Shown: positions 1 to 9,166, counted from the stretch's first letter. The stretch is 64,000 bases of DNA from Candidatus Woesearchaeota archaeon (GCA_964530955.1 CAZHCL010000001.1:4630-68629); one strand, 5' to 3'. The notes: a model not told the origin generated them from the sequence alone. Program-made: numbers and translations.

Positions 1-936
1 GGATAGAGTTGTCCATCATATGCTGGTAAATGTTTTGGAGCCTATTTTTGAAAAAATATTCATTTTTGATTCCTACGCCAGCAGAAAAGACAAAGGAGCA
101 CATTTAGCAATAGAGAGATTTGACAGATTTAAGAGAAAAGTATCACAGAACGGAAGACTCGTTCGGGGGGGGGGCGTAGCAAAAATGAAGTTCAGGGTTA
201 TGTCCTAAAAGCAGATATCGCTCATTATTTTGATAGCGTTGACCATGAAATATTGTTAAATATAATAAAGAAGAAGGTTAAAGATGAAAAAATTATATGG
301 CTTACAAGAAAGATTTTAAACAATTTCAATACTGAAGTTAAAGGCAAGGGCATGCCTCTAGGAAATTACACATCTCAATTCTTTGCAAATGTTTATCTTA
401 CTGAATTGGATTATTTTGTTAAACATACGTTAAAAGCTAAATATTATATTAGATATGTAGATGACTTTGTAATATTGCATAGAAGCAAGAAAAGATTAGA
501 ATACTTCAAAAAGAGTATTATAGAATTTCTGAGAGAAATAAAATTAGAATTGCATCCTGACAAGTCAGATATAATTCCATTGCAAAAAGGAGTTAACTTT
601 TTAGGTTATAGAATTTTTTATAAATATAGATTATTGAGGAAAAGAAACAGAAATTACTTTCTAAAGAAATTTGAAAAATATCTAAAACTCTATAATGAAG
701 AAATTATTAGTGATGAACAATTAATATTCAGATTACAAGGTTGGTTTGGCTACGCTCAATGGGCTGATACTTATCTTTTCAGAAAAAAGATGATAGAAAA
801 AGCTGCAAATTCATTCAAAGCAAAAGGTTCTAAACTATTGGATGAATTATCTAAACTTAAGAAAATAACAAAACCGCAAGGTATAAAAGAAATAAAATGC
901 ATTCAAAGTGATAAAATAAGGGGAAAATGGACATAA
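1..936 (+). CDS. DGR-type reverse transcriptase, 5'-partial at the window edge and split by a frameshift in the G10 run at 165-174 (upstream part in frame 2 up to 208, downstream part ORF 253-936 in frame 1)
   Basis: Read from the sequence: DRVVHHML...[15 protein letters not shown] (RT motifs 1/2), [17 protein letters not shown] (motif 3), [21 protein letters not shown] (motif 4 with the DGR-typical SQ instead of group-II SP), [11 protein letters not shown] (YxDD catalytic motif), [23 protein letters not shown] (thumb). No VTG (retron), X/En (group II) or Abi motifs. The two halves are in different frames joined across a G10 homopolymer. Confidence 0.75.
165..174 (+). repeat. G10 homopolymer inside the RT gene causing the frame break
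   Basis: gttcGGGGGGGGGGcgtagc in an AT-rich genome. One extra G would fuse ...GRLVRGGG to [21 protein letters not shown]. Confidence 0.9.
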
Positions 937-1214
937 TTGTCATATCCGGCATTCTTGGAGGAATAGGTGGTTTGACTAGGGGAGTTGTTGGTTTGTTAAA
1001 GGCTCTTTCTCTTAGAAGAAGGATTATATGGACTTATTATGCTATTACTGTTCTTGTTGCAATGATTATAGGCGCTTTTGTAGGGATAATATTCAGCTTT
1101 GACAAACGTCTTTCTTTACTGGCAGGATATGCTGGTACCGATATATTAGAGGGAATTTACAAGTCTTTTGCAGTTCAGAAGGTCTATGTTTCATCTGCAA
1201 AAGCAAGCAAATAA
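927..1214 (+). CDS. small hydrophobic protein (95 aa), overlaps the RT 3' end
   Basis: ORF with G-rich hydrophobic segments (GILGGIGGLTRGVVGLLKAL; ITVLVAMIIGAFVGIIF); no recognisable family. Confidence 0.4.
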   Translation: MDIIVISGILGGIGGLTRGVVGLLKALSLRRRIIWTYYAITVLVAMIIGAFVGIIFSFDKRLSLLAGYAGTDILEGIYKSFAVQKVYVSSAKASK

Positions 1215-1215
1215 A

Positions 1216-1605
1216 ATGAATACCATTGATGAAAGACTTTTAACATTTATCAGTGAAGCAAGAAGGAGAGGTTACAGTGATTCTAAAATAAAACAGGCTC
1301 TTATTGAGAAGAGCTGGCCTGCTGATGAAGTTGAACAAGCATTTCATCTTGCTAAGCTGTCTGAGAGCGAGCAGAATTCTAAGAAAGAAGGAGGGAAATT
1401 CAAAATAGAAGTATATCTTGAAACTGAAGTTTTCAAAAATGTGGAAAAAAGAGCTAGGAAGAATATGCTCTCTGTTCCTGAACAGATTGAAGATATAGTA
1501 AGAAGAAGCTGCGTGCGTTCAAAATTGATTAAACCATTCCAAAGTGAAAAAATAGATGACTTGCTCATTAGTGTATTTTCAAGAAGAAAGTCAGGAAGAA
1601 AATAA
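1216..1605 (+). CDS. hypothetical protein (start taken at MNTIDERLL)
   Basis: ORF downstream of the RT; charged, no motif recognised. Confidence 0.4.
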   Translation: MNTIDERLLTFISEARRRGYSDSKIKQALIEKSWPADEVEQAFHLAKLSESEQNSKKEGGKFKIEVYLETEVFKNVEKRARKNMLSVPEQIEDIVRRSCVRSKLIKPFQSEKIDDLLISVFSRRKSGRK

Positions 1606-2358
1606 GGATAAATAATTATCAAAAACCTTTTTCTTTGCTTCCTCTAAACTTATTCCTTTTATTTCTGAGATTTTTTTGTAGCTCTCAATAACATTGGCTG
1701 GTTCATTTGGCCATTTTTTATCTGGGTGAAGGTAAGGAGAGTCTGTTTCACATAATAATCTTTCTATGCCTACTTCCTTTATTATTTTCTGAAAGTGCTC
1801 ACTGTTTTTTACTGAAGTTGGAATTGTAATAAACCAATTATTTTCAACAATTCTTTTGACAAGAGAAAATTTTCCAGAGAAACAGTGCATCACTACTTTT
1901 TTCGCATTGTTTTTTTCCAATATTTCAATACATTCAAGTTCTGCTTTTCTTGAATGAACTATTATTGGCTTGTCAAGCTCGATTGACAATCTTACGAATT
2001 TTTCAAATATATCTTTCTGTCTTTCTCTATCTTCTTCTTTTTCAGATTCCTTGAAATCGATTCCAACTTCTCCTATTGCAGTTAATTTACTTTTGTTTTT
2101 TCTGATGAATTCAATTTCATTATCTATCTCAGCAGCAGATAGGGCAAGAGCATCTATTGGATAAATACCCAGAGCAGATTTTACTTCAATATTTTTTGCA
2201 GAAAGTTCGAAAACTTTTCTGTTGCTTTGGGGATTAACGCCCTGTGTAATAATAATATTAACTCCTGCTTTCTTTGCTGATTCAATTACTTTTTCTACAT
2301 CCTCACACATATCAAGATGACAATGTGCATCTATAAAGCAGGTTTCCTTATTTTTCAT
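1591..2358 (-). CDS. tatD: TatD-family metal-dependent hydrolase / DNase
   Basis: N-terminal FIDAHCHLD motif and TIM-barrel hydrolase pattern (GVNIIITQG, MHCFSG, ETDSPYL). Confidence 0.85.
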   Translation of the reverse strand: MKNKETCFIDAHCHLDMCEDVEKVIESAKKAGVNIIITQGVNPQSNRKVFELSAKNIEVKSALGIYPIDALALSAAEIDNEIEFIRKNKSKLTAIGEVGIDFKESEKEEDRERQKDIFEKFVRLSIELDKPIIVHSRKAELECIEILEKNNAKKVVMHCFSGKFSLVKRIVENNWFITIPTSVKNSEHFQKIIKEVGIERLLCETDSPYLHPDKKWPNEPANVIESYKKISEIKGISLEEAKKKVFDNYLSLFSS

Positions 2359-2474
2359 CTTATGATAGGATGAGAAAATTGCTATTTTAAAGCCTATCGG
2401 GCAGGGATATAGAATTTAATTTGGACCTATACTTAATTAAATTTATAAGGATAGATTCAATCAAAGTAAGATGA

Positions 2475-3095
2475 TTGGAGTTAACTATGAATTTTAAATT
2501 ATGGCTTTCTGAAATAAGAAATAATAGGAAAAGATTACTTATAGCTTTATTATTTATTGTTCTCGCTAGTTTTGCATATTCCTTATCTGGGGATTATCTG
2601 ACAGACCATCAAGGATATGTTTCTGCGCAGGATTTGATATTAGACCATTTTGGGCCTTACAACCTTTCATTTATTTTTGTCTGGTTTTTCCTTTTTGTCG
2701 GATTTATTTTCTTTACTTATCCAATAATATTTAAGCCTCAGGAGCTGCATTATGTTCTAATAATGTTCAGTATGTTTGTTATAGTTAGGTCTGGATTTAT
2801 TATGTTCACTCATTTAGCAGTACCCGCAGATGCTATACTGCCTACATTCCCAGGTTATTTTCAGGTACTTAACTTTGCCAATGACCTTTTCTTTTCAGGA
2901 CATACGGGTTTTCCTTTTCTTGGATTTTTGGTATTTAGAAAAAATAAATTAATAAGTTACTTTATGCTATTTTCATCTATACTTCTTGGAATAACTGTGC
3001 TGTTAATGCACGTCCATTATTCGATTGATGTTTTTAGCGCATATTTCATAACTTATGGAATTTACGTTTTTGGAAACAAATTTGTAAAAAAATAA
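2475..3095 (+). CDS. polytopic membrane protein with sphingomyelin-synthase-like PAP2_C motifs (lipid phosphotransferase)
   Basis: FFSGHTGFPF (SMS D3-like C-G-D-x3-S-G-H-T) and HYSIDVFSAYFITYGIYVF (SMS D4-like H-Y-T-x-D-V-x3-Y); multiple TM segments. Confidence 0.55.
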   Translation: MELTMNFKLWLSEIRNNRKRLLIALLFIVLASFAYSLSGDYLTDHQGYVSAQDLILDHFGPYNLSFIFVWFFLFVGFIFFTYPIIFKPQELHYVLIMFSMFVIVRSGFIMFTHLAVPADAILPTFPGYFQVLNFANDLFFSGHTGFPFLGFLVFRKNKLISYFMLFSSILLGITVLLMHVHYSIDVFSAYFITYGIYVFGNKFVKK

Positions 3096-3108
3096 AAATT
3101 TAAATTTT

Positions 3109-3330
3109 TTAGTCGAAATAATCTCTAACTCTACTTGCAAAAGATTTTTTCTCTCTTCCTGCAACAGCATTAACAATCAAGGCCACCGCTGCTCCAACTC
3201 CTGCTGCAATGGCAACTGAAGTCCAAGGGTTTTTCTTCATGAAACTTTCTGTCTTGTCTTTGGCTTCCTCTACGTTTTCTCTTGCTTCACGCACTACATT
3301 TCTTGCAAAACTTATTCTTTTTTTTGGCAT
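3109..3330 (-). CDS. YqjD/ElaB-like (DUF883) C-tail-anchored small protein
   Basis: Charged N-terminal region plus a single C-terminal TM (WTSVAIAAGVGAAVALIV). Confidence 0.45.
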   Translation of the reverse strand: MPKKRISFARNVVREARENVEEAKDKTESFMKKNPWTSVAIAAGVGAAVALIVNAVAGREKKSFASRVRDYFD

Positions 3331-3342
3331 TTTCTTCTCCTT

Positions 3343-3633
3343 TCACCTTTTGAATTTTATTATTATCCCTACAAGAAGGACTATTATTGAAACTATGAGG
3401 AAAGAAAGGGTCTTGCTTAAACCAGTATATTCTATAAAGAAGAAAATTAGTGAGAACGCGAAGAATATTACTGCTGCTACAATTAGAAGCATTCCTGTAA
3501 TGTCTTTTATTATTTTTCTTATTGTTCTTTTTATTGCTAGATTAAATGATTCAAAAACATCATCTCTTGCATTTCTAAGAACTTTTCCCAATCCAACTTT
3601 AAGCAAATCTCCAAGATAATCAGTAAATCCCAT
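3343..3633 (-). CDS. small two-TM membrane protein (YqjE/holin-X-like)
   Basis: Two hydrophobic helices; adjacent to a YqjD-like gene as in yqjD-yqjE pairs. Confidence 0.4.
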   Translation of the reverse strand: MGFTDYLGDLLKVGLGKVLRNARDDVFESFNLAIKRTIRKIIKDITGMLLIVAAVIFFAFSLIFFFIEYTGLSKTLSFLIVSIIVLLVGIIIKFKR

Positions 3634-3709
3634 GTAATGTATAGGGGCTTCGCGTATAAAAACATATCCTGAGATTTTTCATCTTAATTGAGTAGTTAAT
3701 AAGATTAGT

Positions 3710-4954
3710 TTACTCATATCTCAAAGCATCAACTGGCTTGAGCTTCGAAGCACGGTAAGCTGGCCAGGCTCCTGAAATCATTCCAATTATTACTGAAAAA
3801 GCTAGGGAGAAGAAAAGCAATCCGAAGCTTACTGCGGTTGTCAGTCCACCTCTTGTTCCTGGAAGCCCTAAACTTGAGCCCAGAACAGAAGGCAATATGG
3901 TAGATATTCCCGCGCCTATTATTATGCCTATTAATCCTCCGACGAACCCCAGCATTCCAGAGTTTATTAAAAAGATAAACATTATATCTTTGTTCTTTGC
4001 TCCTATCGCCTTCATAATTCCTATGTCTTTTGTTTTTTCTAGAACAGAAGTAAACATGGTATTAGCTACACCTATGCCTCCAACAAGAAGAGAAACTCCT
4101 GCAATCATTCCCAGAAATAAGGTAATTGCAGAGGTTACTTGGCTAAATCTTTGTTGCAAAGCTAATGGAGAAGTTACTGAAAAATCTATTTTGTCTGACC
4201 TTGTATGCCTTTCATTTGTCAATGCATCAGTAATCTGATTAGTTGTATCATTGATATAATTAACATCCGAAACTTTAACCTCAATTGATGAATATTCGTT
4301 GCTTTTGATGTCGATTGTATCGCCCAATACATTTCTTGCATCCTTCTCTGACATGTATATTACATTATCAGAGCCTCCAAGGCCACTTGTGGGACTTAAA
4401 ATTCCGATTATCCTGTAGGGACGGTTATTTACCATAAGCATAGAGCCTACAGCTAAAGGACTGTTGAAAACACTGTTGGCAATTCGGTCTCCGATAATTA
4501 TTGAGCCAGACTCTCCATTGCTGAAAACTCTTCCAGATGCAATGGTCGTAGTAACAAAGTCTGAAAAAACTCCTGTATCGATGCCATCAACACTTGTTGA
4601 CGCATTTTGTGCATTGTAAGTTATTGTTGCCCTCCCGCTCACTATCGGATCTATGCTCTTTATTCCAGGAACAAGTTTAAGTGCGTCTGTATCTCTTGTT
4701 GACAAGGGAACAGCATTTAATGAACTTCCGCCCCCTCCCCCGAAGGCTCTTGCCGAACCAGCATTTATTGTAATAATATCCTGCCCTAAACCACCTATCT
4801 GTGACTGGACGCTCTGCTGCAAACCTTGTCCTATAGAAATTATTGCTACAACAGCTGCAACTCCAATAACTATTCCAATGATAGTAAGCCAGCTTCTCAA
4901 TTTACTATGAAGAAGCATATTAAGAGAAAGCTTTAGAGTTTTACTTGTTTTCAT
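3710..4954 (-). CDS. ABC transporter permease, MacB/FtsX family
   Basis: N-terminal TM, large periplasmic-type domain, C-terminal FtsX 3-TM bundle (GIMKAIGAKNKDIMFIFL...). Confidence 0.85.
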   Translation of the reverse strand: MKTSKTLKLSLNMLLHSKLRSWLTIIGIVIGVAAVVAIISIGQGLQQSVQSQIGGLGQDIITINAGSARAFGGGGGSSLNAVPLSTRDTDALKLVPGIKSIDPIVSGRATITYNAQNASTSVDGIDTGVFSDFVTTTIASGRVFSNGESGSIIIGDRIANSVFNSPLAVGSMLMVNNRPYRIIGILSPTSGLGGSDNVIYMSEKDARNVLGDTIDIKSNEYSSIEVKVSDVNYINDTTNQITDALTNERHTRSDKIDFSVTSPLALQQRFSQVTSAITLFLGMIAGVSLLVGGIGVANTMFTSVLEKTKDIGIMKAIGAKNKDIMFIFLINSGMLGFVGGLIGIIIGAGISTILPSVLGSSLGLPGTRGGLTTAVSFGLLFFSLAFSVIIGMISGAWPAYRASKLKPVDALRYE

Positions 4955-5939
4955 GTTTAGCGCCCTTCATCTTTCTTCTAACTACCATAACACCTACTCC
5001 TATTACTGCGCCTAGAATAATATACATTAATGTTGAAAAGTTAAAAGTGGATGAGCTTGAACTTGTTGATGTCCTTGAGAATGTTCCTGTTCCTCCGATT
5101 CTTGTGGAATTGAATGGTACTCCCATATCAATAGATACATTTTCTTCTTCAACAGTTCTAACATTTGCAGTATCTGTATAAGCAACATCCATTTTAATTG
5201 TTTTTACTCCATTCTGAGGTAGAATCTGGAATGTCACGGAAGTAAAATCTCCAGTATTAAGGTTTCCTATTATTGATGATTTAGGACCGCTAATTCTCAC
5301 GCCTTCTTGATCAGGAATGCTAACTATTACTGCACTGGCAGGATTTTCTCCAGTATTTGCTATTGCAAATGAAGTTCCCTGAGAGCTGGACTGCTGGGTG
5401 ATTAGGCTAAAGTCTGTTCTTGTTTTTGCTATTTCTATAGGTATCTGATATTGTGAATTTAGAACTGAATTATTATTAGTAGTCATCTGAAGATTTAATA
5501 TGCTTTGACCTTCAGGAGCATTATCTGCAACCTTTACCCTGAATTTCATTATTATCTGATTTGCCTCTATCTGAGTATCTCCCAGTTGCCTTTGATATTT
5601 ATAGGCGTTGTTTGTACCTGCAATCAATCCAAAATCTTTTGTTGGAGAATCAACATTCTCAAAAACTTTATCCGTCAAAAGATTAAATTCAACATTTGGA
5701 GCATCATTTTGTCCTGTGTTCTGAACTTTTACCCACAGATCAAACCATTGACCCGGATTTACTGGATAAGGTTCATACTGCAATGCTTCTACAACCAATT
5801 GAGGATAAGTCGTTGAAAAACCAGTATCTACCGAAAAGTTTGTCTGATTAGATGTTGCTGCCTGTGTCTGTGGAATAATTGAAAATAAACAAGTTACTAA
5901 AATTGCCGAAGCTAAAATAAACAAAAACTGCTTTTTCAT
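4941..5939 (-). CDS. secreted beta-rich (CARDB/S-layer-like) protein with C-terminal TM anchor
   Basis: Signal peptide [14 protein letters not shown]..., C-terminal TM plus basic tail; sandwiched between the ABC permease and ATPase. Confidence 0.5.
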   Translation of the reverse strand: MKKQFLFILASAILVTCLFSIIPQTQAATSNQTNFSVDTGFSTTYPQLVVEALQYEPYPVNPGQWFDLWVKVQNTGQNDAPNVEFNLLTDKVFENVDSPTKDFGLIAGTNNAYKYQRQLGDTQIEANQIIMKFRVKVADNAPEGQSILNLQMTTNNNSVLNSQYQIPIEIAKTRTDFSLITQQSSSQGTSFAIANTGENPASAVIVSIPDQEGVRISGPKSSIIGNLNTGDFTSVTFQILPQNGVKTIKMDVAYTDTANVRTVEEENVSIDMGVPFNSTRIGGTGTFSRTSTSSSSSTFNFSTLMYIILGAVIGVGVMVVRRKMKGAKHENK

Positions 5940-6742
5940 CTTTTGCTCCCTATGACTTGTCCGTCCGCAAGTCTTATTACTCTTTTGCTGTATTTTATTA
6001 GATTCATATCGTGAGTTATGAGTATAATTGTTTTGCCCTCTTTATTAAGCTTTTCAAATAAAAACATTATTTCTTTTCCCGTCTTGCTATCTAAATTTCC
6101 CGTGGGTTCATCTGCAAGAATAACCTCGGGGTCATTTGCCAAAGCGCGGGCAATTGCAACTCTTTGCTGTTGCCCTCCAGATAATTCCTTGGGTTTATGA
6201 TTTACTCTATCCTTAAGACCAACAAGATCCAAAGCATCAAGTGCTTTCCTTTTTGGATCTGGAGAATCTTGAAATTCCATTGGTAGCATCACATTTTCTA
6301 AAGCAGTGAGAGTGTTAATAAGATTAAACTGCTGAAAAACAAAGCCTATTTTCTTTCCTCTTATTACAGCAAGAGAAGACTCGCTCATTTTTGAAATATC
6401 CTTATTGTCTAGATAGATTGAACCTTTGGTAGGGAGGTCAAGCGCACCCACCATATTCATCATAGTGCTTTTTCCAGAACCAGAAGGACCTGTAATAGAA
6501 ACAAACTCACCTATTTGTATGTCTATATCTACTCCCCTTAGAGCTTCAACTTTTACGTCACCAACTTGATAAACTTTCCATAGGTTATCAAGTTTAATGA
6601 TTGTTTTTTGGTTTTTCACGAATATAATTGCAAAATTCTCTTTATAAACAGTATGGAAGATACGTCCATATATTATAAAAAGATTAAAAAACAGATTAAT
6701 ATTAGATAAAACATGATATTTGAAGCCAGACTCTTTAACCAA
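5936..6742 (-). CDS. ABC transporter ATP-binding protein (MacB/LolD-like)
   Basis: Walker [10 protein letters not shown], signature [15 protein letters not shown], Walker [12 protein letters not shown]. The true start is probably downstream of the annotated M. Confidence 0.9.
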   Translation of the reverse strand: MVKESGFKYHVLSNINLFFNLFIIYGRIFHTVYKENFAIIFVKNQKTIIKLDNLWKVYQVGDVKVEALRGVDIDIQIGEFVSITGPSGSGKSTMMNMVGALDLPTKGSIYLDNKDISKMSESSLAVIRGKKIGFVFQQFNLINTLTALENVMLPMEFQDSPDPKRKALDALDLVGLKDRVNHKPKELSGGQQQRVAIARALANDPEVILADEPTGNLDSKTGKEIMFLFEKLNKEGKTIILITHDMNLIKYSKRVIRLADGQVIGSKR

Positions 6743-7396
6743 TATGATTTATGGATTGACCTTACTTATTCTCTGATAGTCTCTATTTCATGCTTTTTGA
6801 TATACCTAAAAACTAAGGAACTTTATGATTTAAGTCAGTACAAAGGAATAAATTATTTCAGGAATACATTTTTATTTTTTGGAATTTCTGAGACTATAAG
6901 ACTTTTACTTCACTTGACTGCTAAATTCAGTGCCCCTTTATTACCCGTAAGACCCGAACTAGTTTTCATTTTTAATGCTTGTTCATTTTTAATGATCTAC
7001 GCCAGTTGCATGGCTCTGGTATATCTCCTGTTGAGTATATTCTGGAAAAGAATGAGCAATAAATCTCTTGGCAACGTATATCTCGCCCATTATATCTCTC
7101 TTATCGTAGCTTTTGTCAGCCTGCTTAAGGATAGACACCCTACATTTATAATATTTCAAGCTGGATTGTTTGTTCTTCTTATCATAGTCAGCTATCTTAA
7201 TTATAAAAAATCTAAACATGGAGAAAGTTTTTCTAATATTTATCTTATTTACCTGCTTATTTTCATTCTCTGGATAGTAAGCAATGTAATGGAATTCATC
7301 GTCATCTTTTCCCCAATTACTGCTTTTATAATATACTTCTCATCTATAATAATTTTCCTTCTTATTCTTATAAAAGTTATAGAAAGACTAAAATAA
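6713..7396 (+). CDS. polytopic membrane protein, unknown function
   Basis: About 6 hydrophobic helices. Confidence 0.4.
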   Translation: MIFEARLFNQYDLWIDLTYSLIVSISCFLIYLKTKELYDLSQYKGINYFRNTFLFFGISETIRLLLHLTAKFSAPLLPVRPELVFIFNACSFLMIYASCMALVYLLLSIFWKRMSNKSLGNVYLAHYISLIVAFVSLLKDRHPTFIIFQAGLFVLLIIVSYLNYKKSKHGESFSNIYLIYLLIFILWIVSNVMEFIVIFSPITAFIIYFSSIIIFLLILIKVIERLK

Positions 7397-7397
7397 A

Positions 7398-7670
7398 ATG
7401 GATAAAAAAAGGAGCAAATTAGAAGTCATATATGACATTCTTGATATAATAAAGAAAAATAAAAATTCGATTAAAATGACTCCTCTTCTTAGGCATTCCA
7501 ATCTTTCTTCAGAGAGATTTGGAAAATATTTTTCTGAATTGGTTGAAAAAGGATTTGTGAGGGAGATAGATGATGAAAATGGTAAGTCAGTTACACTTAC
7601 TGATAAGGGATTTACTTATCTTGAAAAGTATAGGACAATTGTTTCTTTTATTGATGAGTTTGATTTGTAA
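7398..7670 (+). CDS. small winged-helix DNA-binding protein (putative transcription regulator)
   Basis: 90 aa; KLEVIYDILDII...FSELVEKGFV...LTDKGFTYLEKY pattern typical of wHTH regulators. Confidence 0.45.
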   Translation: MDKKRSKLEVIYDILDIIKKNKNSIKMTPLLRHSNLSSERFGKYFSELVEKGFVREIDDENGKSVTLTDKGFTYLEKYRTIVSFIDEFDL

Positions 7671-7685
7671 TTAATGAGAATAATC

Positions 7686-7722
7686 GGGGGGATTTCTCCC
7701 CCCTAAAGGGTTTGATTTTTTT
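7686..7722 (+). terminator. GC-rich hairpin (GGGGGGA-TTTC-TCCCCCC) followed by a T7 tract
   Basis: Perfect 7-bp stem at 7686-7692/7697-7703, then ...ttgatttttttcc. Lies 16 bp after the stop of 7398-7670. Confidence 0.4.
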
Positions 7723-7872
7723 CCTTGTTAACATCACCTCCTTCACAGCGTGTTGGTTTAATTAATTATTTTAAAGAAATGATATATAAATGGATTGGGA
7801 AGAAAAAATCAGTAAAGTGAATAGGGAGCAATAATTCATAAATTTTAAAAAGACAATTCAGGTTATTCATTA

Positions 7873-8181
7873 ATGGCCGTTCAAAAAGCATCCTTCGCCG
7901 CAGGATGTTTCTGGGGTGTTGAATATGTTTTTTCTAAGTTTTCTGGAGTAACTAAGACTGATGTAGGTAATCAGTATCGTTCAGAGATATTTTATTATAA
8001 TGAAGAACAGAAGAAAGAAGCGGAGAACGCTAAGAAAGATTATGAGAAACTACTAGGCAAGAAAGTAGTGACTAAAATTGAAAAGGCGGGAAAATTTTAT
8101 TCTGCTGAAGACTATCATCAAAAGTATTATGAAAAGAAAGGCTCAGAGCCCTATTGTCATATTGTTCCTAGGGTAAGCTGA
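7873..8181 (+). CDS. msrA: peptide methionine sulfoxide reductase MsrA-like, abnormally short (internal about 55-aa segment absent)
   Basis: GCFWG catalytic motif, then TDVGNQYRSEIFYYNEEQ and C-terminal YHQKYY motifs. The region normally between VGYTGG and GTQYRS is missing. Confidence 0.6.
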   Translation: MAVQKASFAAGCFWGVEYVFSKFSGVTKTDVGNQYRSEIFYYNEEQKKEAENAKKDYEKLLGKKVVTKIEKAGKFYSAEDYHQKYYEKKGSEPYCHIVPRVS

Positions 8182-8188
8182 TAACTTC

Positions 8189-9166
8189 CTAATGCCAATT
8201 TACTTTTATGTCATCAGTTCTTTCTCTGGGAGAAATGTCTATTTTGTCATATTGAAATGAAATTCCTTTTTTGAAAATTATTTCTCCAGTATATGCTATC
8301 ATTGCTGCATTATCTACGAGCAAAGACTTTTCTGGGCAGAAGAATTTTGCCCCTCTCTCTTTACACATTATCTGACACATTTCCTGAAGTCTTTTATTGC
8401 AGGCAACTCCTCCTCCAAGCACCAGCTCTTTCTTTCCAGTATGAGCAAGAGCTCTCTCAGCAGCCTCAACTAGCATGGAAAAAGCAGTTTCTTGCAAAGA
8501 GAAAGAAAGGTCTTCAATTTTTTCTCCTTTATCAAGAAGTTGCTGAAATTTCGTCTGCAATCCTGAGAAAGAAACATCCATTCCTTTTATCATATAAGGC
8601 AATTCAATGTATTTTCCTTTCAAAGCAAGCTCTTCTATCTTAGGACCTCCTGGAAAGGGAATCCCTGCGTATCTTGCGCATTTATCTATGAAATTTCCTA
8701 CTCCTATGTCTAATGTTTCTCCAAATACGCGGTACTTTCCCCCCGCATATGCTATTATTTGGGTATTTGCTCCGCTGGCATATAGAAGAACAGGGTCTTT
8801 TGCCCCCTCATGTCTTCCTATTTCAAGATGAGCTATGCAATGATTAACTGGAATAATTTTTACACCCAACTGACTTGCTTTTTCTTTTGCAAATTTCATT
8901 CCGGCAAGCAAACATGGAGCTAGTCCGGGGGCATTTGAAAGAGCTATAGCTGTTATTTCTTGTTCTTTAATTCCGGATTTCGACAAAGAATCTTGATATA
9001 TTTTTTCTGCAACATCTTCGTGATGCTTGGCGCTTTCCATAGGTATAATTCCTTCCTTGGCTGGGCGGTACATATCTCTCACATTAGAAAGAATCTTTCC
9101 TTTACTACACAGACCTACTCCAAATGTATGAGCAGTGCATTCAATGCCTAAAATGATAGTTCTCAT
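8189..9166 (-). CDS. kae1: tRNA N6-threonylcarbamoyladenosine synthase Kae1
   Basis: GIECTAHTFGVGL..., HCIAHLE, GGGVACN motifs of the Kae1/TsaD family; 325 aa, no Bud32 fusion. Confidence 0.9.
   Translation of the reverse strand: MRTIILGIECTAHTFGVGLCSKGKILSNVRDMYRPAKEGIIPMESAKHHEDVAEKIYQDSLSKSGIKEQEITAIALSNAPGLAPCLLAGMKFAKEKASQLGVKIIPVNHCIAHLEIGRHEGAKDPVLLYASGANTQIIAYAGGKYRVFGETLDIGVGNFIDKCARYAGIPFPGGPKIEELALKGKYIELPYMIKGMDVSFSGLQTKFQQLLDKGEKIEDLSFSLQETAFSMLVEAAERALAHTGKKELVLGGGVACNKRLQEMCQIMCKERGAKFFCPEKSLLVDNAAMIAYTGEIIFKKGISFQYDKIDISPRERTDDIKVNWH

Noticed and set aside
1-936. Group II intron, retron or Abi-type RT
   Set aside because: The SQ motif-4 variant, the size, and the absence of maturase/En domains, retron VTG or AbiK-type motifs argue for the DGR clade instead.
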